A stretch of 64,000 nt of DNA, taken from the NCBI GenBank assembly GCA_963847445.1, contig CAWJZV010000048.1, positions 96,001 through 160,000 on the forward strand. Reading direction: 5' to 3'. Positions within the stretch are counted from its first letter, which is position 1, and every line of letters starts with the position of its first letter. Position numbers and translations under genes: made by a program. This document shows positions 61,984 to 64,000 of the stretch, piece after piece. Source of the DNA: an uncultured delta proteobacterium (GTDB taxonomy: Bacteria > Desulfobacterota > Binatia > UBA9968). The notes under the pieces were generated by a model that ran no database searches, was not told where the DNA came from, and saw only the letters and a list, made by a program, of their open reading frames with translations.

Positions 61984-62211
61984 TCAGGGATTCCTGCCAA
62001 ATATTTTAGCGAGGGACTGTCCAACCTTGACAACATATTGTTTGATGTAACGCAACCCATAGAAAAACACCGCTAGCGCGCCGTAGAACATGACGTAGAG
62101 AAGCTGCGAGATCAGGCCGCTGGTGCCTGGATCGACGTAAGCGAGTGCCTGGCTGGGAATGAACAATCCCAAAGTTACGACCACAAGAGTGCGGTGCTCT
62201 AGTCTCAACAT
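61984..62211 (-). CDS. Small membrane protein with AYVDPGT motif
   Basis: GGAGG RBS; signal-like N-terminus ending ALA, YVDPGTSG, hydrophobic helix, basic tail. Confidence 0.75.
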   Translation of the reverse strand: MLRLEHRTLVVVTLGLFIPSQALAYVDPGTSGLISQLLYVMFYGALAVFFYGLRYIKQYVVKVGQSLAKIFGRNP

Positions 62212-62358
62212 TTTTTTGCGCCTCCCAGGTGCCAAACCTCAGCGGCAATTATCGCCGCCTTGACTCTCAAAGACAAATTGTTTTCAAGATGGCCGTCGCG
62301 TCGACGACAAGCCGCCGTATGGTTGATCCGGTTACGGCTGCGCCGCTCACGCCACATG

Positions 62359-63783
62359 TCATTTTTCGCAAAGGAACAATTTGCGGTCAGGCGGAAACGA
62401 CGGATGGCACTGCACAGCCTTGAAGTGCCCTTTCAAGCAATTCTCCATATCCTCGACTGTGTAATCATCGAGACGCGGCACCACGCTGGCGCCGATCTTT
62501 GGCTTCAAAGCGGGGACAAACTCCAACAATAACCAACGCTCGCTCAGCGCCGCGAACAGCTCGCAAATACGCGACATCGGCAACCGTTGCAACGCTACCA
62601 CATGGTGCATCACTGCCAAACCCATGACCAGTTCACTCTTGAATCGCTCGATCGGCCCTGGGCAGGCTACACCGCCACGGCCAGGCGTGGCTACCGCGCT
62701 GAAAACATTGACCGCCAGCGGCAGGATATTCAGCCGATTTGCACGCGCCGTCTCATGACATAACGCCAACGCCGCAGTGTCGGCTTCGCATGCCGTCACA
62801 CGCGCGCCGTGCGCAGCGGCAAGAGCTGAATATCGCCCGGTGTTGGCCCCGACGTCGAGCACACTCTTGGGCCGTAAGTCAGTAAGAGTATTGCCGACCG
62901 CCTGGTATTTTGACTGCCAGTCGCCCGGCGACAAATCGGTCTGGAAGTATTGCTTGTCTGGGTTTCCATAGTAGCGCGCCCAATGACTGGTTCGATGTTT
63001 CAGCTCGAGGCTTTCAATACGCTTACGTAGTGCCGTGAAAAATTTAAGCTTGAGCCTTCCCTGTCCTGGTCCGCTGTTGGCCGCTTTGGAAATCGCCAGG
63101 AAACGTTGCTGCATCTCTTCCGGCAGATGCTCAAAGAGTTTGCTCACGGCTTTTGGGATTGCCACACCGAGGGTGCGTTGCGGGTGACGCAGCTTGAAGG
63201 ATGCCGGCAAGGCGGCGAGCAAGTCGCCATCGCTGACACCGGAGAGATAATCGCGCATCAGCCAACGCGCGATGTGATCCTGCCCTGCGGCATAGAGATA
63301 CAACGGATAGAGAAAAAAATTGCAGAACTGCTGATAGGGCGCCCACAGGATGTCGTCCCGCGCCGGAACGATCGAGCCGGCGTCGACATAGACGGGCCTC
63401 GTGCCTTCAAACAGAATGTTCCACGGATGACCGTCTTGAAGCGTCAGTCCTTGCTCGGCTAAGCGAATGCAAAGATCGATTGTTAGCAACGCTGCGTCCC
63501 GGAGCATGGCCGGCGGCCATTCATAGCAATAAGACTGCACCGCCACGCGGCGGTGACGCAGTACCGCCTTACCTGAGTCGGTCTTGAGTCCGCTCCACTC
63601 ACTCTCGATCAACAGCCCATCGCGCACCAGACCGTCAATCACGCCGCTCTTAGCCCATTGTTGCCAGCGCGCCGCATACACCGGATCAAGCGCGCGATAA
63701 AGCTCACCGCGCCATTCAAACAGCCGGCCATTGGGATCGACGAAGGACTCGCTCAGCCAGTGCTGTTCTGTGGCAGGTATCAT
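62359..63783 (-). CDS. NoeA-like protein: kinase-like N-domain plus class I SAM methyltransferase
   Basis: SFVDP, SYCYEW, LQDGHPWNILF, YVDAGS; VLDVGANTGRYS, LAVMHH, LLEF. Confidence 0.8.
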   Translation of the reverse strand: MIPATEQHWLSESFVDPNGRLFEWRGELYRALDPVYAARWQQWAKSGVIDGLVRDGLLIESEWSGLKTDSGKAVLRHRRVAVQSYCYEWPPAMLRDAALLTIDLCIRLAEQGLTLQDGHPWNILFEGTRPVYVDAGSIVPARDDILWAPYQQFCNFFLYPLYLYAAGQDHIARWLMRDYLSGVSDGDLLAALPASFKLRHPQRTLGVAIPKAVSKLFEHLPEEMQQRFLAISKAANSGPGQGRLKLKFFTALRKRIESLELKHRTSHWARYYGNPDKQYFQTDLSPGDWQSKYQAVGNTLTDLRPKSVLDVGANTGRYSALAAAHGARVTACEADTAALALCHETARANRLNILPLAVNVFSAVATPGRGGVACPGPIERFKSELVMGLAVMHHVVALQRLPMSRICELFAALSERWLLLEFVPALKPKIGASVVPRLDDYTVEDMENCLKGHFKAVQCHPSFPPDRKLFLCEK

Positions 63784-63826
63784 GTCGCGGAGTTCTTGAT
63801 GAACGTAACGAAATTACAGCGCAGAG

Positions 63827-64000
63827 TTACGTCGCCTGCCAACCCACCACACCGATCTGCCGGCCGGTTTCGCCGCCCTCGCGGCGGTAGGAAAAGAACT
63901 CTTCGGCGGCGCAACGGGTGCAGGGGCCGATTTGGAAGAGTTGCGTGCCGGGCACGCCGGCGGCGCGCAGGATGTCGCGATTGAGCCGGCTCAGATTGAT
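63827..64000 (-). CDS. pgeF: YfiH/PgeF (laccase-domain, peptidoglycan editing factor), 3' end only
   Basis: Hand translation INLSRLNRDILRAAGV..GPCTRCAAEEFFSYRREGGETGRQ..*; matches the CT.C..FFSYRR..TGR motif; absent from the ORF track. Confidence 0.85.
   Translation of the reverse strand: MNLSRLNRDILRAAGVPGTQLFQIGPCTRCAAEEFFSYRREGGETGRQIGVVGWQAT

Overview
GC-rich bacterial chromosomal window. Many NMT1/THI5-type binding proteins, two ornithine-cyclodeaminase paralogs, UbiD, cupin, MmgE/PrpD and periodic intergenic hairpins suggest a Binatota (Candidatus Binatia)-like deltaproteobacterium; this is inference only. Housekeeping genes are pyk, etfAB, pncB, fabF/fabH, tatA/tatC, pdaD, an acyl-CoA carboxylase operon, mltA and pgeF. 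The window also holds ABC/MFS transporters, aromatic-catabolism-type enzymes and two toxin-antitoxin modules (MazEF, MNT-HEPN). Many genes carry scattered single-base frameshifts, best explained as uncorrected long-read errors. Most notable observations: (1) a stand-alone ~185-nt transcription unit at ~31.0-31.2 kb with a near-consensus sigma70 promoter, 16/17-nt complementarity to the 16S rRNA 3' end, a 13-codon ORF, mutually exclusive hairpins and a terminator; (2) a hidden selenoprotein (UxxC glutaredoxin fused to a DinB domain, with a SECIS-like hairpin) missed by the ORF track; (3) a fold-back element with RNA-type pairing at ~2.2 kb; (4) a kinase-like/methyltransferase + small YVDPG protein + Thr-type sulfatase-fold module; (5) several nested and periodic repeat families. 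No CRISPR array, tRNA or rRNA gene is supported.
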